DNA of 64,000 nucleotides from Alphaproteobacteria bacterium (GTDB lineage Bacteria; Pseudomonadota; Alphaproteobacteria; UBA9655): NCBI GenBank assembly GCA_947457015.1, contig CANGTV010000003.1, positions 1,958 to 65,957 of the forward strand, read 5' to 3'. Shown piece by piece: positions 54,575 to 64,000 of this stretch (position 1 is its first letter; each line of letters starts with the position of its first letter). The notes under the pieces were generated by a model. It saw only the letters and a program-made list of their open reading frames with translations, ran no database searches and was not told where the DNA came from. The position numbers and the translations under genes were made by a program.

Positions 54575-54801
54575 CCTAAAGTTATCGCCAAAAGTATCCC
54601 CTTGGGAATAAGTTTTCTCTCCCCTGTGAATAACCGCGCCTTTTAAAACTTTTCCCATAATGTCCCCTTATTTATCCAAAGGAGGAAAACAACAGAGCCT
54701 TTGATAGTATTCTTATTTTTAACAATTTCCACACAATTCACAGTGTAAAAAGGACAATCTGTGGAAAAAAATCACGTTGTGTAAAAAAACGGGATAAAAT
54801 T

Positions 54802-54810
54802 TTATCCACA
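54802..54810 (+). promoter_or_regulatory. DnaA box, perfect (TTATCCACA)
   Basis: Exact consensus match, 61 nt upstream of the hemE start. Confidence 0.8.
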
Positions 54811-54870
54811 ATATACAGAGGATACACTACCACAACATCCATTAATAATTTATAGATAAGAGAAATAAGG

Positions 54871-55896
54871 ATGAAACATATGTCAAAATTTTTAGCTCTC
54901 TTTGAGGGGGACACTTTTCAAAGCCCGCCCCTTTGGTTTATGCGACAAGCAGGAAGATCCCTTCCAGAGTACCGTGAGGTCAGAAAAAAGTGTACGACTT
55001 TTCTCGATCTTTGTTATTCTCCCGAGCTTGCCGCTAAGGTGACTCTTCAACCCATTGATCGATTTGGTTTTGATGCGGCTATTTTGTTTTCGGATATCCT
55101 TGTTATTCCTGATGCGCTGGGTCAGCACGTTTCCTTTGAGGACGGAAAAGGACCGCGTCTTTCTCCTCTTTCTCTGTCTTCCTTTCAAAGAACCCTTTCT
55201 TTTTCTCATTTTTTTGAGAAGTTGGCGCCTGTTTACGAAACCATCCGTCTTGTGAAAGCTAAGACATCGCCGCTTATTGGGTTTTCTGGATCTCCCTGGA
55301 CACTGGCTCTTTATATGTTGGAGGGGGAGGGAACGCGTGATTTTGGAAAAGCAAAGCAGGTGGCGTTTTCAGAGGAAGCAACATTCTCAACCTTTTTAAC
55401 TTTTTTAACAGAAGCCATTTCTCTTCATTTAATTGAACAAGTGAGGGCAGGCGCAGATGCCATCCAGCTTTTTGACTCGTGGGCAGGGCATTGTCCTGCA
55501 GCTTATGTTCAAAAATGGATTCTTGAGCCCACTAAAGCCATCGTAACGGCCCTTAGGAAAGAATTTCCAACCCTTCCTTTGATTGGTTTTCCTAAGGGAA
55601 TTGGGGCGAATATTCTTTCCTACGGACGCGATGTGGGCGTTTCTGCCGTGAGCCTTGATGCGGGCGTTCCTTTAGGGTGGGCCTCTGAAAATCTTCCAAA
55701 GAGCTTGATTTTGCAAGGAAATTTAGATCCCCTCGTGCTTGTCGCAGGGGGGGAGCCTTTAAAAAGAGGAATTGAATCAATTCATCAAGGAATGAAAGGG
55801 CGGCCCTACATTTTTAATCTGGGTCATGGTGTCCTTCCCCAAACTCCTCTTACTCATTTGGAGGAGTGTGTCAAATTGGTCCGGGCCCTTGCATGA
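54871..55896 (+). CDS. hemE: Uroporphyrinogen decarboxylase
   Basis: PPLWFMRQAGRSLPEYR signature at the N-terminus, 341 aa. Confidence 0.95.
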   Translation: MKHMSKFLALFEGDTFQSPPLWFMRQAGRSLPEYREVRKKCTTFLDLCYSPELAAKVTLQPIDRFGFDAAILFSDILVIPDALGQHVSFEDGKGPRLSPLSLSSFQRTLSFSHFFEKLAPVYETIRLVKAKTSPLIGFSGSPWTLALYMLEGEGTRDFGKAKQVAFSEEATFSTFLTFLTEAISLHLIEQVRAGADAIQLFDSWAGHCPAAYVQKWILEPTKAIVTALRKEFPTLPLIGFPKGIGANILSYGRDVGVSAVSLDAGVPLGWASENLPKSLILQGNLDPLVLVAGGEPLKRGIESIHQGMKGRPYIFNLGHGVLPQTPLTHLEECVKLVRALA

Positions 55897-56852
55897 AGAA
55901 AACAGCCGTTGTTCTTTTTAACCTCGGGGGGCCTGCGTCTGAGGCGGACATTTATCCTTTTCTTTTTAGCCTTTTTTATGATCCAGCCATTCTCTCTTTC
56001 CCCAATCCCATTCGATATGTCCTTGCAAAAGTGATCGCGAACGCTCGCTTATCTAAGGCAAAGGCTATTTATGCTCATCTGGGTGGAGGGTCTCCTCTTC
56101 TTCAAAATACACTCGCCCAAGCCACTGCTCTTGAGAAAGAGTTGGAAGAAAACCATCGTGTTTTTGTCGTGATGCGTCATGCGCCCCCTTTTGCGTCCTC
56201 TGTGCTGAAGGAGGTGCGGGCTTATGAGCCAGATGAGGTGGTTCTTCTCCCCCTTTATCCGCAGTATTCTACCACAACCACAGAATCCGCCTTTAAAATG
56301 TGGAAAAAGGTAACACGGGGGTGGAGTGTCCCCACGCGCTTTATCTCCTCTTACCCCACACAAGCCGGATTTTTGAAGGCTCTTCAGGACCTTACTCATC
56401 CTCTTTATGAGAGGGCTCAAAAACATGGTTCTCCTCAGGTTCTTTTAACGGCCCACGGTCTTCCTGAGAAAACGATCAAGGGAGGGGACCCCTATCAGCG
56501 TCAGGTAGAGGAAACGTCTCGGAAACTTGCGGAAATTCTTTCTCTGAAAGATGCTATCCTTTGTTATCAAAGTCGTGTGGGGCCTCTCACATGGATTGGG
56601 CCGTCTTTGGAAGAAGAAATTATTAAAGCCTCTCGTCTTAAACGGCCTCTCGTCATTGTTCCTCTTTCTTTTGTCTCTGAGCATTCAGAAACCCTTGTGG
56701 AACTTGATATTACTCTCAAGGACCTTGCTTTCAGAGAAGGCTGTCCTGCTTATGAGCGGGTTCCGACCGTTCAAACCCATCCATCTTTTATTCAAGGACT
56801 CGCGTCTTTGATTGTTCAGTCATCAGTCATCAGTAAAGCTTTACATTTTTAG
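55893..56852 (+). CDS. hemH: Ferrochelatase
   Basis: Start at MKKTAVVLFNLGGP (ATG 55893, ATGA overlap with the hemE stop). Motifs LPLYPQYSTTT and SFVSEHSETL. Confidence 0.94.
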   Translation: MKKTAVVLFNLGGPASEADIYPFLFSLFYDPAILSFPNPIRYVLAKVIANARLSKAKAIYAHLGGGSPLLQNTLAQATALEKELEENHRVFVVMRHAPPFASSVLKEVRAYEPDEVVLLPLYPQYSTTTTESAFKMWKKVTRGWSVPTRFISSYPTQAGFLKALQDLTHPLYERAQKHGSPQVLLTAHGLPEKTIKGGDPYQRQVEETSRKLAEILSLKDAILCYQSRVGPLTWIGPSLEEEIIKASRLKRPLVIVPLSFVSEHSETLVELDITLKDLAFREGCPAYERVPTVQTHPSFIQGLASLIVQSSVISKALHF

Positions 56853-56897
56853 ACTCATACCGCAAAATCTGCTTCAGAAACTGAACAACTGGGACCT

Positions 56898-57335
56898 ATG
56901 CTCTCTGACTATTATCACATTCTTTTAGCCCTTCATCTTTTAGCGGTTATTGCGTGGATGGCAGGGCTTCTTTATTTGCCGCGCCTTTTCATTTATCATC
57001 TTGAATTTGATGTAGGATCAAAGGCTTACATAACTTTTTGCACGATGGAGAGACGACTTTTAAGAATAATCATGCGTCCTGCGATTGTTCTGACCTTTCT
57101 TTTTGGCATTCTTTTAGCTTTTTCAGCCAATGCATGGCCTTCTCCCTGGTTTCATATGAAGCTTCTCTTCGTTCTTTTGCTTGCTGCCTTTCATGGGTTT
57201 CTGGTGCGGATAGCAAAGGACTATGCGCGGGGGAAACTTCCTCCGTTTTCTAGAAAAACACTTGTGTTTTTGAATGAAATCCCTTTTTTGCTTGCAATTT
57301 TTATTGTCTTTTTGGCCGTTTTAAAGCCCCATTGA
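56898..57335 (+). CDS. hemJ: Protoporphyrinogen oxidase HemJ
   Basis: 145 aa, four TM segments, LALHLLAVIAWMAGLLYLPRLFIYH motif, directly downstream of hemE-hemH. Confidence 0.85.
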   Translation: MLSDYYHILLALHLLAVIAWMAGLLYLPRLFIYHLEFDVGSKAYITFCTMERRLLRIIMRPAIVLTFLFGILLAFSANAWPSPWFHMKLLFVLLLAAFHGFLVRIAKDYARGKLPPFSRKTLVFLNEIPFLLAIFIVFLAVLKPH

Positions 57336-57413
57336 AAAATAAGTCTTGAATTTTCTAAAAAGAGGTGTCATTACTATGGAAAATATCCTTTCCTCATTTC
57401 CCAGTGAAAATTC

Positions 57414-58670
57414 ATGAACTTAAAAACTTTGAAGTCTAAGACGCCTGTTGAGCTTTTATCCTTAGCGGAAGAACTTAACATTGAAAATGCAAACACCTTG
57501 CGAAAACAAGATATGATGTTTTCGATTCTCAAAAGTATGGCCGAAAAAGGAGAAACTATTTTTGGCGGTGGGGTTGTCGAAATTTTACAAGATGGGTTCG
57601 CTTTTCTTCGGTCTCCTGAAGCCAACTATTTGCCAGGGCCGGATGATATTTATGTTTCTCCAAGTCAGGTGCGCAAATTTGCCATGCGAACGGGGGACAC
57701 GGTTGAGGGAGAAATTCGGGCTCCCAAAGATGGGGAACGGTATTTTGCTCTTTTAAAAGTTAACACCATTAATAGCCAAGCTCCTGATGCGATCAAGCAT
57801 CGCCTTAACTTTGATAACTTAACCCCTCTTTATCCCGAAGAAAAACTTAATCTTGAAATTGAGGACCCCACCCACAAAGACCTTACCTCGCGTGTTATTG
57901 AGCTTGTGGCACCCATAGGAAAAGGGCAGCGCGCTCTCATTGTGGCGCCTCCTCGGTCGGGAAAAACGGTCATGATGCAAAATATTGCTCATTCTATCGC
58001 AAAGAATCATCCTGAAGTCACCCTCATGGTTTTGTTGATTGATGAACGTCCTGAAGAAGTGACAGATATGGCCCGTTCCGTGAAAGGAGAGGTCATTAGT
58101 TCAACCTTTGATGAGCCCGCAACGCGACACGTTCAAGTCGCTGAAATGGTTATTGAAAAAGCAAAGCGCCTTGTGGAATTAAAGAACGATGTGGTGATTC
58201 TTTTGGATAACATCACCCGTCTTGCTCGTGCTTACAATACGGTGATTCCGTCTTCTGGAAAAGTGCTTACGGGGGGGGTGGATGCCAATGCCTTGCAACG
58301 TCCGAAAAGATTTTTTGGGGCTGCTCGTAATATTGAAGAGGGGGGCTCTCTGACCATCATTTCTACAGCCTTGGTGGATACAGGCTCTCGGATGGATGAA
58401 GTGATTTTTGAAGAATTCAAAGGCACCGGAAACTCTGAACTTATTTTGGATCGAAAGCTTTCTGATAAACGAACTTTCCCGGCTATTGATATTACAAAGT
58501 CAGGAACGCGAAAAGAAGAACTCTTGGTTGGCAAAGATCTTCTTTCCAAGATGTGGGTTCTCCGTCGTGTGTTGATGCCTATGGGAACAACGGACGGTAT
58601 GGAATTCCTACTTGAAAAGCTTCGCAATACCAAAAACAATTCAGAATTTTTTGATTCTATGAATTCCTAA
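57414..58670 (+). CDS. rho: Transcription termination factor Rho
   Basis: 418 aa with an N-terminal RNA-binding domain (GFAFLR...[10 protein letters not shown]), Walker A PPRSGKT and the Rho C-terminus. Confidence 0.97.
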   Translation: MNLKTLKSKTPVELLSLAEELNIENANTLRKQDMMFSILKSMAEKGETIFGGGVVEILQDGFAFLRSPEANYLPGPDDIYVSPSQVRKFAMRTGDTVEGEIRAPKDGERYFALLKVNTINSQAPDAIKHRLNFDNLTPLYPEEKLNLEIEDPTHKDLTSRVIELVAPIGKGQRALIVAPPRSGKTVMMQNIAHSIAKNHPEVTLMVLLIDERPEEVTDMARSVKGEVISSTFDEPATRHVQVAEMVIEKAKRLVELKNDVVILLDNITRLARAYNTVIPSSGKVLTGGVDANALQRPKRFFGAARNIEEGGSLTIISTALVDTGSRMDEVIFEEFKGTGNSELILDRKLSDKRTFPAIDITKSGTRKEELLVGKDLLSKMWVLRRVLMPMGTTDGMEFLLEKLRNTKNNSEFFDSMNS

Positions 58671-58679
58671 GGGGAAAAA

Positions 58680-59303
58680 TTGTTTCACGTGAAACAATTT
58701 GAGAGCGAAAATGTTTCACGTGAAACATTTTGTCGTCTCCAAACTTATAAAACCCTTCTCGAAAAATGGCAGCAAAAGATAAATTTAGTCTCCCGCTCAA
58801 CCCTTTCTCATCTTTGGGAACGCCATTTTGAAGACTCCCTTCAGCTTCTTCCTTATCTTCCAGAGACGAAATCAACACTTGTTGATCTTGGGAGTGGAGC
58901 AGGATTTCCAGGACTTGTTTTGGCGATTTGCAGGGGAGAAACCTTAGAGGTCACCCTTGTAGAATCGGATCTCAGAAAATGTCTTTTTTTAGAAAATGTT
59001 TCACGTGAAACATTTTCACATCCGAAAATTCTAAGATCACGTATTGAATCTATTGCTGGACTTAAAGCAGACATCATCACGGCTCGTGGTCTTGCGTCCC
59101 TTCCCCTCCTTCTAGAGTATGCTTATCCTTTGATGAAAGGAACCTCCTTTTGCCTTTTTTTAAAAGGAAAAGAGGTAGAAAAAGAAATTGAAATGGCCAA
59201 AAAAAAATGGGAGTTTTGTCTTGAAATGTTTCCCAGTTTAACAGATTCTGAGGGGAGACTTTTAAAAATATCTCAGATAAAAAGGATTCTCCCCCATGAC
59301 TAA
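58680..59303 (+). CDS. rsmG: 16S rRNA (guanine527-N7)-methyltransferase RsmG
   Basis: NVSRETF...LEKWQQKINLVS N-terminus, SAM motif LVDLGSGAGFPGL, followed by parA-parB. The start is uncertain: TTG 58680 or GTG 58689. Confidence 0.9.
   Translation: MFHVKQFESENVSRETFCRLQTYKTLLEKWQQKINLVSRSTLSHLWERHFEDSLQLLPYLPETKSTLVDLGSGAGFPGLVLAICRGETLEVTLVESDLRKCLFLENVSRETFSHPKILRSRIESIAGLKADIITARGLASLPLLLEYAYPLMKGTSFCLFLKGKEVEKEIEMAKKKWEFCLEMFPSLTDSEGRLLKISQIKRILPHD
58681..58696. promoter_or_regulatory. parS site (perfect TGTTTCACGTGAAACA)
   Basis: Exact 16-bp palindrome at the extreme 5' end of the rsmG ORF, 11 nt after the rho stop. Confidence 0.85.
58712..58727. promoter_or_regulatory. parS site (perfect TGTTTCACGTGAAACA)
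   Basis: Exact 16-bp palindrome, read in the rsmG frame as N-V-S-R-E-T-F. Confidence 0.85.
58997..59012. promoter_or_regulatory. parS site (perfect TGTTTCACGTGAAACA)
   Basis: Exact 16-bp palindrome inside rsmG, again read as N-V-S-R-E-T-F. Confidence 0.85.
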
Positions 59304-60072
59304 CATTATTGCCGTTGTGAATCAAAAGGGGGGAGTTGGCAAAACAACAACGACTGTAAATCTTGCGACAGCTCTCTCTGCTGTGGGAAAAAAGAATCTT
59401 TTGATTGATTTTGATCCTCAAGGAAATGCAACAACAGGTCTGGGAGTTATGGAAAAAGAGACAGTTGTGGGAAGCTACGAGGTTCTCATTGGGAAAGTAA
59501 GTGCAGAAAATGCCATTCAAAAAACGGCCATCCCCCACCTTTATCTTATGCCAGCCAGCCTCCATCTCTCAGGTGCAGAAGTGGAACTTGTGACTATGCC
59601 ATCGAGAGAGAGAGGCCTTCTCATCGCTCTTGAAAAATTATCCGCTTCTTTTGATTATATTTTTATTGATTGCCCCCCTTCTTTGGGGCTTTTAACGTTA
59701 AATGCTCTCGTTGCGGCCGATAAGGTTCTTGTTCCTCTTCAATGTGAATTTTATGCTTTGGAAGGGTTGAGCCAGCTTCTTTATACCATTGGTCAAGTGC
59801 GTAAAAATTTTAATCCTCGCCTTGATCTCCAAGGGATTGTTCTGACTATGTTTGATAATCGAAGCAGTCTAAGCACTCAAGTTGCCAATGACGTTCGTCA
59901 GCACTTAAAGGAGAAGGTTTATAAAACACAAATTCCTCGAAATGTACGTGTGGCTGAGGCCCCCTCTTTTGGGAAGCCGGCCGTTGTTTATGATTTAAAA
60001 TGTCAGGGATCTCAAGCATATATTCAACTCGCAAAAGAAATTTTATCTCAAGAAGGAGAGCTAGCCGCATGA
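59296..60072 (+). CDS. parA: Chromosome partitioning ATPase ParA
   Basis: Deviant Walker A NQKGGVGKTTT, 258 aa, overlaps the rsmG stop. Confidence 0.95.
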   Translation: MTNIIAVVNQKGGVGKTTTTVNLATALSAVGKKNLLIDFDPQGNATTGLGVMEKETVVGSYEVLIGKVSAENAIQKTAIPHLYLMPASLHLSGAEVELVTMPSRERGLLIALEKLSASFDYIFIDCPPSLGLLTLNALVAADKVLVPLQCEFYALEGLSQLLYTIGQVRKNFNPRLDLQGIVLTMFDNRSSLSTQVANDVRQHLKEKVYKTQIPRNVRVAEAPSFGKPAVVYDLKCQGSQAYIQLAKEILSQEGELAA

Positions 60073-60971
60073 ATGACATGAAAAAAAATGCTTTGGGGAG
60101 AGGCCTTTCCTCCCTTTTAAATCCTACTGAAACTGAGGGTCAAGCCCTGCCAGTCATAAGTTTGTCTTTGGAGTCCATTCAAAAAGGAACTCTTCAACCA
60201 CGTAAACATTTTCCCGAAGAAGATTTGCAAGAGTTGGCGGTTTCTATTCGAGAAAGAGGGGTTTTACAACCCATCTTAGTACGCGCGTCTTCTCTTGGAG
60301 ATAAAAAATATGAACTTATCGCTGGAGAACGTCGCTGGAGAGCTTCAAAAATAGCGGGACTTGAAGAGATTCCGGCGATTGTACGAAGTTTTTCCGATGC
60401 GGAGGCGTTAGAAATTGGGCTTTTAGAAAACATCCAGCGTCAAGATTTAAATCCTATTGAAGAAGCAGAGGGATACCATCGTTTAGCAGAAGAGTTTGAT
60501 CACACTCAGGAGTCTCTCTCTCGTATTTTAGGGAAAAGCCGGAGTCATATTGCGAATACCTTAAGGTTATTAACCTTACCCAAAACGGTTCAGGAACATT
60601 TAGTAACAGGAAAACTGTCTGCGGGCCACGGGCGTTCTTTGATAGGTGTGGAAAATCCAGAGCATATTGCAGACATGATTATCTCAAGACGATTGAATGT
60701 TCGCCAAGCAGAAGCCCTTGCAAAACAAAAAGAAGAAAATGTCCCTTCCTCTTCTTCTTCCGATCCAGAAAAGGAAATTTTACAAAATCAACTGTCGGAT
60801 CTTTTGGGAACGCCGATTGAGCTTATTTTAAAGGGAGCGGGAGGAAAAATAGCCATTCCTTTTAAAAATCCAACAGAACTAGATGCGCTTATCAAGAAAT
60901 TTAATCAACTAGGCCTGAAAAAAGAAGAAAATATTAGTCCTGAAGTTGATTTTATACGCGCTTGGAGTTAG
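60069..60971 (+). CDS. parB: Chromosome partitioning protein ParB
   Basis: Start at MNDMKKNALGRGLSSLL (ATG 60069, ATGA overlap with the parA stop). ParB box GERRWRA and an HTH region. Confidence 0.95.
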   Translation: MNDMKKNALGRGLSSLLNPTETEGQALPVISLSLESIQKGTLQPRKHFPEEDLQELAVSIRERGVLQPILVRASSLGDKKYELIAGERRWRASKIAGLEEIPAIVRSFSDAEALEIGLLENIQRQDLNPIEEAEGYHRLAEEFDHTQESLSRILGKSRSHIANTLRLLTLPKTVQEHLVTGKLSAGHGRSLIGVENPEHIADMIISRRLNVRQAEALAKQKEENVPSSSSSDPEKEILQNQLSDLLGTPIELILKGAGGKIAIPFKNPTELDALIKKFNQLGLKKEENISPEVDFIRAWS

Positions 60972-60977
60972 TCACCC

Positions 60978-61940
60978 TCAAATTGTTTCACGTGAAACAA
61001 TTTTCGCTAAAAGAGTTTGAGAAACCTGAGGAAGTGTAAAGGCGGCGTATTTTACCTTATGTTCAAGGAAGAGAAAGGTTTCTAAAAGACTTTGGATTTC
61101 TTCTTTTTTCCAGCGTAAGAGAGCAGATTCAAAAAGAGGGACATCTTTAAAAAAAATAGGGGGAGTAAGTTTTTGCCAAGGAATTGTTTTTGGTGCGTTT
61201 TTGTAAGGCAAAAGATCAAAAAGTGTCAAAAAAGACCGTGTCAGCCCCCTCAAAAAAATAATAAGATCAGATGATGTCAAAAGAGAAAAAAACTCCGTTG
61301 TCTTATTTAGATCCCTTAAAAGGAAAGCATTGCGAAGAGGCGTGACGTCATTAAGAGACGATTGGCCTTCTAAAAACGACGTATAGTGAGCTTCTGGAAC
61401 CTCTCCAAAAAGCTTAATTTTTTGCAAGGCACACAAAAGACCCATATAATCGTTTTGATAAGTTTTGAAGAGCGCCCCTTTAAATGAGTCTGGAAGATGC
61501 GTTTCCCCCGCTATAAACTCAAATTCAGAGGTCGTTATGGGAGAGGCATAAGCCCCAATCGCAAGAGACTGAGGTGTCGTTGTAAAATGAGTGACGAGCT
61601 TTGACGCTGCACGGGCTTTTTCCGAGGTAAAAATAAAGATACCCTCTTGGAGGTGCTCAAGACGAGGGAGGAGTTTGTCCGTGACATTGGGGACAAGAGT
61701 GAGAGAGGATTCAGAGTCTTCCTTAAAAAGGGAAAGGGAAGAAGAGGAAGAATTCAAAAGATCTGCTTCTGTTTTGATAGCGAGAGGCGAAGAAACCTTC
61801 TTTTGTATAAAAGAAATGGCTCTTTCAAAAACGGCTGTGTCATTCCCAAAAATAAAAAAATGGTTGAATTTATGGAGAGGCGTTTGGAAAAGGGACGGAA
61901 AATTAATTTTTGTCATAACCATCCAAATAAGCACTAACAA
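60978..61940 (-). CDS. holA: DNA polymerase III subunit delta
   Basis: About 320 aa in the conserved lptE-holA context after leuS, with a weak but typical HolA pattern. The start is ambiguous between 61940 and 61916, and both overlap the lptE end. Confidence 0.7.
   Translation of the reverse strand: MLVLIWMVMTKINFPSLFQTPLHKFNHFFIFGNDTAVFERAISFIQKKVSSPLAIKTEADLLNSSSSSLSLFKEDSESSLTLVPNVTDKLLPRLEHLQEGIFIFTSEKARAASKLVTHFTTTPQSLAIGAYASPITTSEFEFIAGETHLPDSFKGALFKTYQNDYMGLLCALQKIKLFGEVPEAHYTSFLEGQSSLNDVTPLRNAFLLRDLNKTTEFFSLLTSSDLIIFLRGLTRSFLTLFDLLPYKNAPKTIPWQKLTPPIFFKDVPLFESALLRWKKEEIQSLLETFLFLEHKVKYAAFTLPQVSQTLLAKIVSRETI
60984..60999. promoter_or_regulatory. parS site (perfect TGTTTCACGTGAAACA)
   Basis: Exact 16-bp palindrome 13 nt after the parB stop. 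It lies within the last codons of the convergent holA (…IVSRETI-stop). Confidence 0.85.
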
Positions 61941-62409
61941 GAAGTTTTATTTTTTCGGCAAGAACACGGAGGGCTTCTTTTTTTGCGTACTCTTCAGCTA
62001 TAGAGTCAGAATAATAATTTTGGCTTAATACGGCAAAAGAGTTAATAGAATTCGTACAATGAGTATAAACAATTTTACAACAGCAATCTCTTAATAAGAT
62101 ATTTGCAGTGAGAGTAGCTTGCTTACGACTTGTTGTTTCATCCCGCAAGATCCCTGTATTAAAAATGGTCTCTGTAAGCTTTATTTCAAGCGTATATTTC
62201 GGTTTCGACGGAGCACCTGCTGGTATGAGAAGATCAACAAGGTAATTCCGTAATATTTGCCCATTGCGGTCTGAAATCGTCGCTATTTTAAGAGGATAAG
62301 AGACAGAACAATTTGGATCAGAGGAAGTATAAAGAGGATGAAATCCACATGCCGTTAAGAGAAGGCAAAAACAGACAGATAAAATAGATTTATATAACCA
62401 CATTTGCAA
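61903..62409 (-). CDS. lptE: LPS-assembly lipoprotein LptE
   Basis: Lipobox [12 protein letters not shown], 168 aa, immediately downstream of leuS as in most proteobacteria. Confidence 0.82.
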   Translation of the reverse strand: MQMWLYKSILSVCFCLLLTACGFHPLYTSSDPNCSVSYPLKIATISDRNGQILRNYLVDLLIPAGAPSKPKYTLEIKLTETIFNTGILRDETTSRKQATLTANILLRDCCCKIVYTHCTNSINSFAVLSQNYYSDSIAEEYAKKEALRVLAEKIKLLVSAYLDGYDKN

Positions 62410-64000
62410 TTTTTCCAGGGATGTAAATAAATTTCTTAAGCGGTTTACCTTGAATATGAGGGTGCAGCGACGGCATTTCTAAAATAAGAGCTTTAACCTC
62501 ATCTTCGCTCAATTGAAGAGAGACTTCAAGGGTTCCTCGTGTTTTTCCATTAATTTGAATGGCAAGGGTAAAGCTATTCTCCGTTATTAAGGATGGATCT
62601 GCCTTTGGCCAAGGCTGATTAAAAACAAAAGGCTTATGCCCTAACTCTGCCCACAAGGCTTCAGCAAGATGAGGAAGAGCTGGGGCTGCAAGAAGGACAA
62701 GCGTATGAAGGGCTTCATGAAGAGCCCAATTTTCAGAAGATTCAGAGGGGGTAAATTCTTCAAGAGTATTAGAAAATTCACGCAAATGCGCAATATAGCG
62801 ATTAAAGTGAAATTTTTCAATGCATTGTGTGACATTTTGAATTGTTTTATGAGTGAGTTTGCGGAGCTTCAAAGCAGTCTCCGTGAAAACGTCAGGAGTT
62901 TGTGTAACTTTTATGTCAGACAAATGAGATGTCACAAGACGCCATAGGTTATTGAGATAGCGCCAAATCCCTTCAATGCCTGCTTCTGTCCATGCAAAAT
63001 CCCGTTCAGGCGGGCTGTCAGAAAGCATAAAAAGACGTGCCGTGTCAGCCCCATATTGCTCAACTATGTGTGTTGTAGGAACAACATTACATTTGGATTT
63101 GCTCATTTTTTCAGAACGTCCTGCTTTGACAGGTGTACCATCTGATATTTTAAGGAATTGCCCGTCACGCTTCTCTACCTCATGAGGATAAAGCCAAGAG
63201 CCGCTTTGATCTCGGTAGGTTTCATGACACACCATTCCTTGAGTGAGAAGGTTTTTAAAGGGCTCAGAGAGGGACCAATAGCCACATTTGCGCAAAGCTT
63301 TTGTAAAAAAGCGTGCATAAAGAAGATGGAGGATAGCATGTTCAATTCCCCCAATGTATTGATCCACCGGAAGCCAGAATTCAGCTTTATCAGGGTCTAT
63401 AGGTCGTTCGTCATGAGGTGAACAATAGCGAGCAAAATACCAAGAAGAGTCAACAAATGTATCGAGAGTATCCGTTTCACGAAGGGCAGACTCTCCACAA
63501 GTGGGGCAATCGACATACTTCCATGTGGGATGGGCATCTAAAGGATTCCCAGGTTGATCAAAGGCCACAGCTTCTGGCAAGACAACAGGAAGTTGATTTT
63601 CCGGAACAGGAACAATTCCACAGGAAGGACAATGAATAATAGGGATGGGACATCCCCAATATCGCTGACGAGACACACCCCAATCACGCAGCTTATAAGT
63701 GACTTTTTGAGTTCCTAATTTCTTGAGTTCAAGGCGTCGAATAACGTCTTTTTTAGCCTCCTCAATCGTGAGGTCATCAAGAAAATCTGAATTACAAAGA
63801 ATCCCCTCTCCTTCATAAGGAAGCGGATTTTCAGAATCTCCTTTTACAACAGGCAGAATGGGAAGCTTATATTTAACGGCAAAGTCAAAATCACGGGTAT
63901 CATGGGCTGGGCAGCCAAAAATAACGCCCGTTCCATACTCCATCAAAACAAAATTAGTGACATAAAGAGGAAGTGTCTTATTTTTCACAAAAGGATGTTG
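62390..64000 (-). CDS. leuS: Leucine--tRNA ligase, C-terminal about 535 aa; N-terminus outside the window
   Basis: Frame open to the window edge. Motifs include [13 protein letters not shown], the zinc-binding CPxCG repeats and the KMSKS loop (EKMSKSKCN). Confidence 0.96.
   Translation of the reverse strand, partial: QHPFVKNKTLPLYVTNFVLMEYGTGVIFGCPAHDTRDFDFAVKYKLPILPVVKGDSENPLPYEGEGILCNSDFLDDLTIEEAKKDVIRRLELKKLGTQKVTYKLRDWGVSRQRYWGCPIPIIHCPSCGIVPVPENQLPVVLPEAVAFDQPGNPLDAHPTWKYVDCPTCGESALRETDTLDTFVDSSWYFARYCSPHDERPIDPDKAEFWLPVDQYIGGIEHAILHLLYARFFTKALRKCGYWSLSEPFKNLLTQGMVCHETYRDQSGSWLYPHEVEKRDGQFLKISDGTPVKAGRSEKMSKSKCNVVPTTHIVEQYGADTARLFMLSDSPPERDFAWTEAGIEGIWRYLNNLWRLVTSHLSDIKVTQTPDVFTETALKLRKLTHKTIQNVTQCIEKFHFNRYIAHLREFSNTLEEFTPSESSENWALHEALHTLVLLAAPALPHLAEALWAELGHKPFVFNQPWPKADPSLITENSFTLAIQINGKTRGTLEVSLQLSEDEVKALILEMPSLHPHIQGKPLKKFIYIPGKIANVVI

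Larger units (their letters stand above)
54479..54870. other. Candidate chromosomal replication origin (oriC)
   Basis: The non-coding divergent spacer coaE<->hemE carries two perfect DnaA boxes. Five one-mismatch boxes lie at 54479-54487, 54503-54511, 54625-54633, 54672-54680 and 54760-54768. AT-rich tracts are present at about 54705-54725 and 54838-54870. Confidence 0.65.

Noticed and set aside
54479-54870. CtrA-binding sites (TTAA-N7-TTAA) in the candidate origin, as in Caulobacter Cori.
   Set aside because: I checked each TTAA in the spacer (near 54644, 54718 and 54842). None has a second TTAA at the N7 spacing, so no CtrA sites are claimed.

Overview
This is a chromosomal window from an alphaproteobacterium. 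Supporting markers are gapR/DUF2312, hemJ, a short-type ProRS, CarD/CdnL, ybgC-tolQRA, and hemE next to a DnaA-box cluster. The lineage is probably host-associated or intracellular; that is inference from palindromic repeat elements, decayed IS and TA genes, and large disordered secreted proteins. I support about 60 CDS, 3 tRNAs, 2 pseudogenes and 1 IS remnant.

Gene order, left to right:
- A translationally coupled lipid-modification operon (flavoprotein, DUF1365, CFA-synthase-like, MFS, DUF3833, SDR) ending beside tRNA-Lys.
- An EamA transporter, then ybgC-tolQ-tolR-tolA, then a decayed IS5-family element and an acyltransferase-3 gene.
- Two Ser/Pro/Thr-rich secreted proteins with no recognisable family (1693 aa and 324 aa), directly followed by an ArnT-like GT-C / GT2 / GtrA / YdjC-deacetylase operon.
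- Two DsbA paralogs, bolA-grxD, and a GnnA/GnnB-like oxidoreductase and aminotransferase pair.
- Orphan TadE/TadE/TadG(vWA) genes, a DHA2 efflux pump, MscS, carD and a thiolase.
- tRNA-Asn and tRNA-Cys, then mutS, lolA and ftsK.
- Two tandem small secreted-peptide genes, an ABC1 kinase, pyk, gapR and a LysE exporter.
- A 503-aa Cys-rich secreted protein whose C-terminus is KDEL, then proS and a decayed RelE/AbrB toxin-antitoxin pair.
- lptB, an orphan secretin lipoprotein, dnaQ and coaE.
- A candidate oriC, followed by hemE-hemH-hemJ-rho-rsmG-parA-parB with four of the window's five perfect parS sites in and beside rsmG-parAB (the fifth is upstream of pyk).
- holA, lptE and leuS (partial).

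The most interesting items are the KDEL-terminated protein, the giant repeat protein placed next to a polyprenyl-phosphate glycosylation operon, the family of TGTCATCC...GGATGACA palindromic elements (one sits inside the lolA start region), and the oriC/parS architecture. No CRISPR array, rRNA or recognisable defence system was seen.
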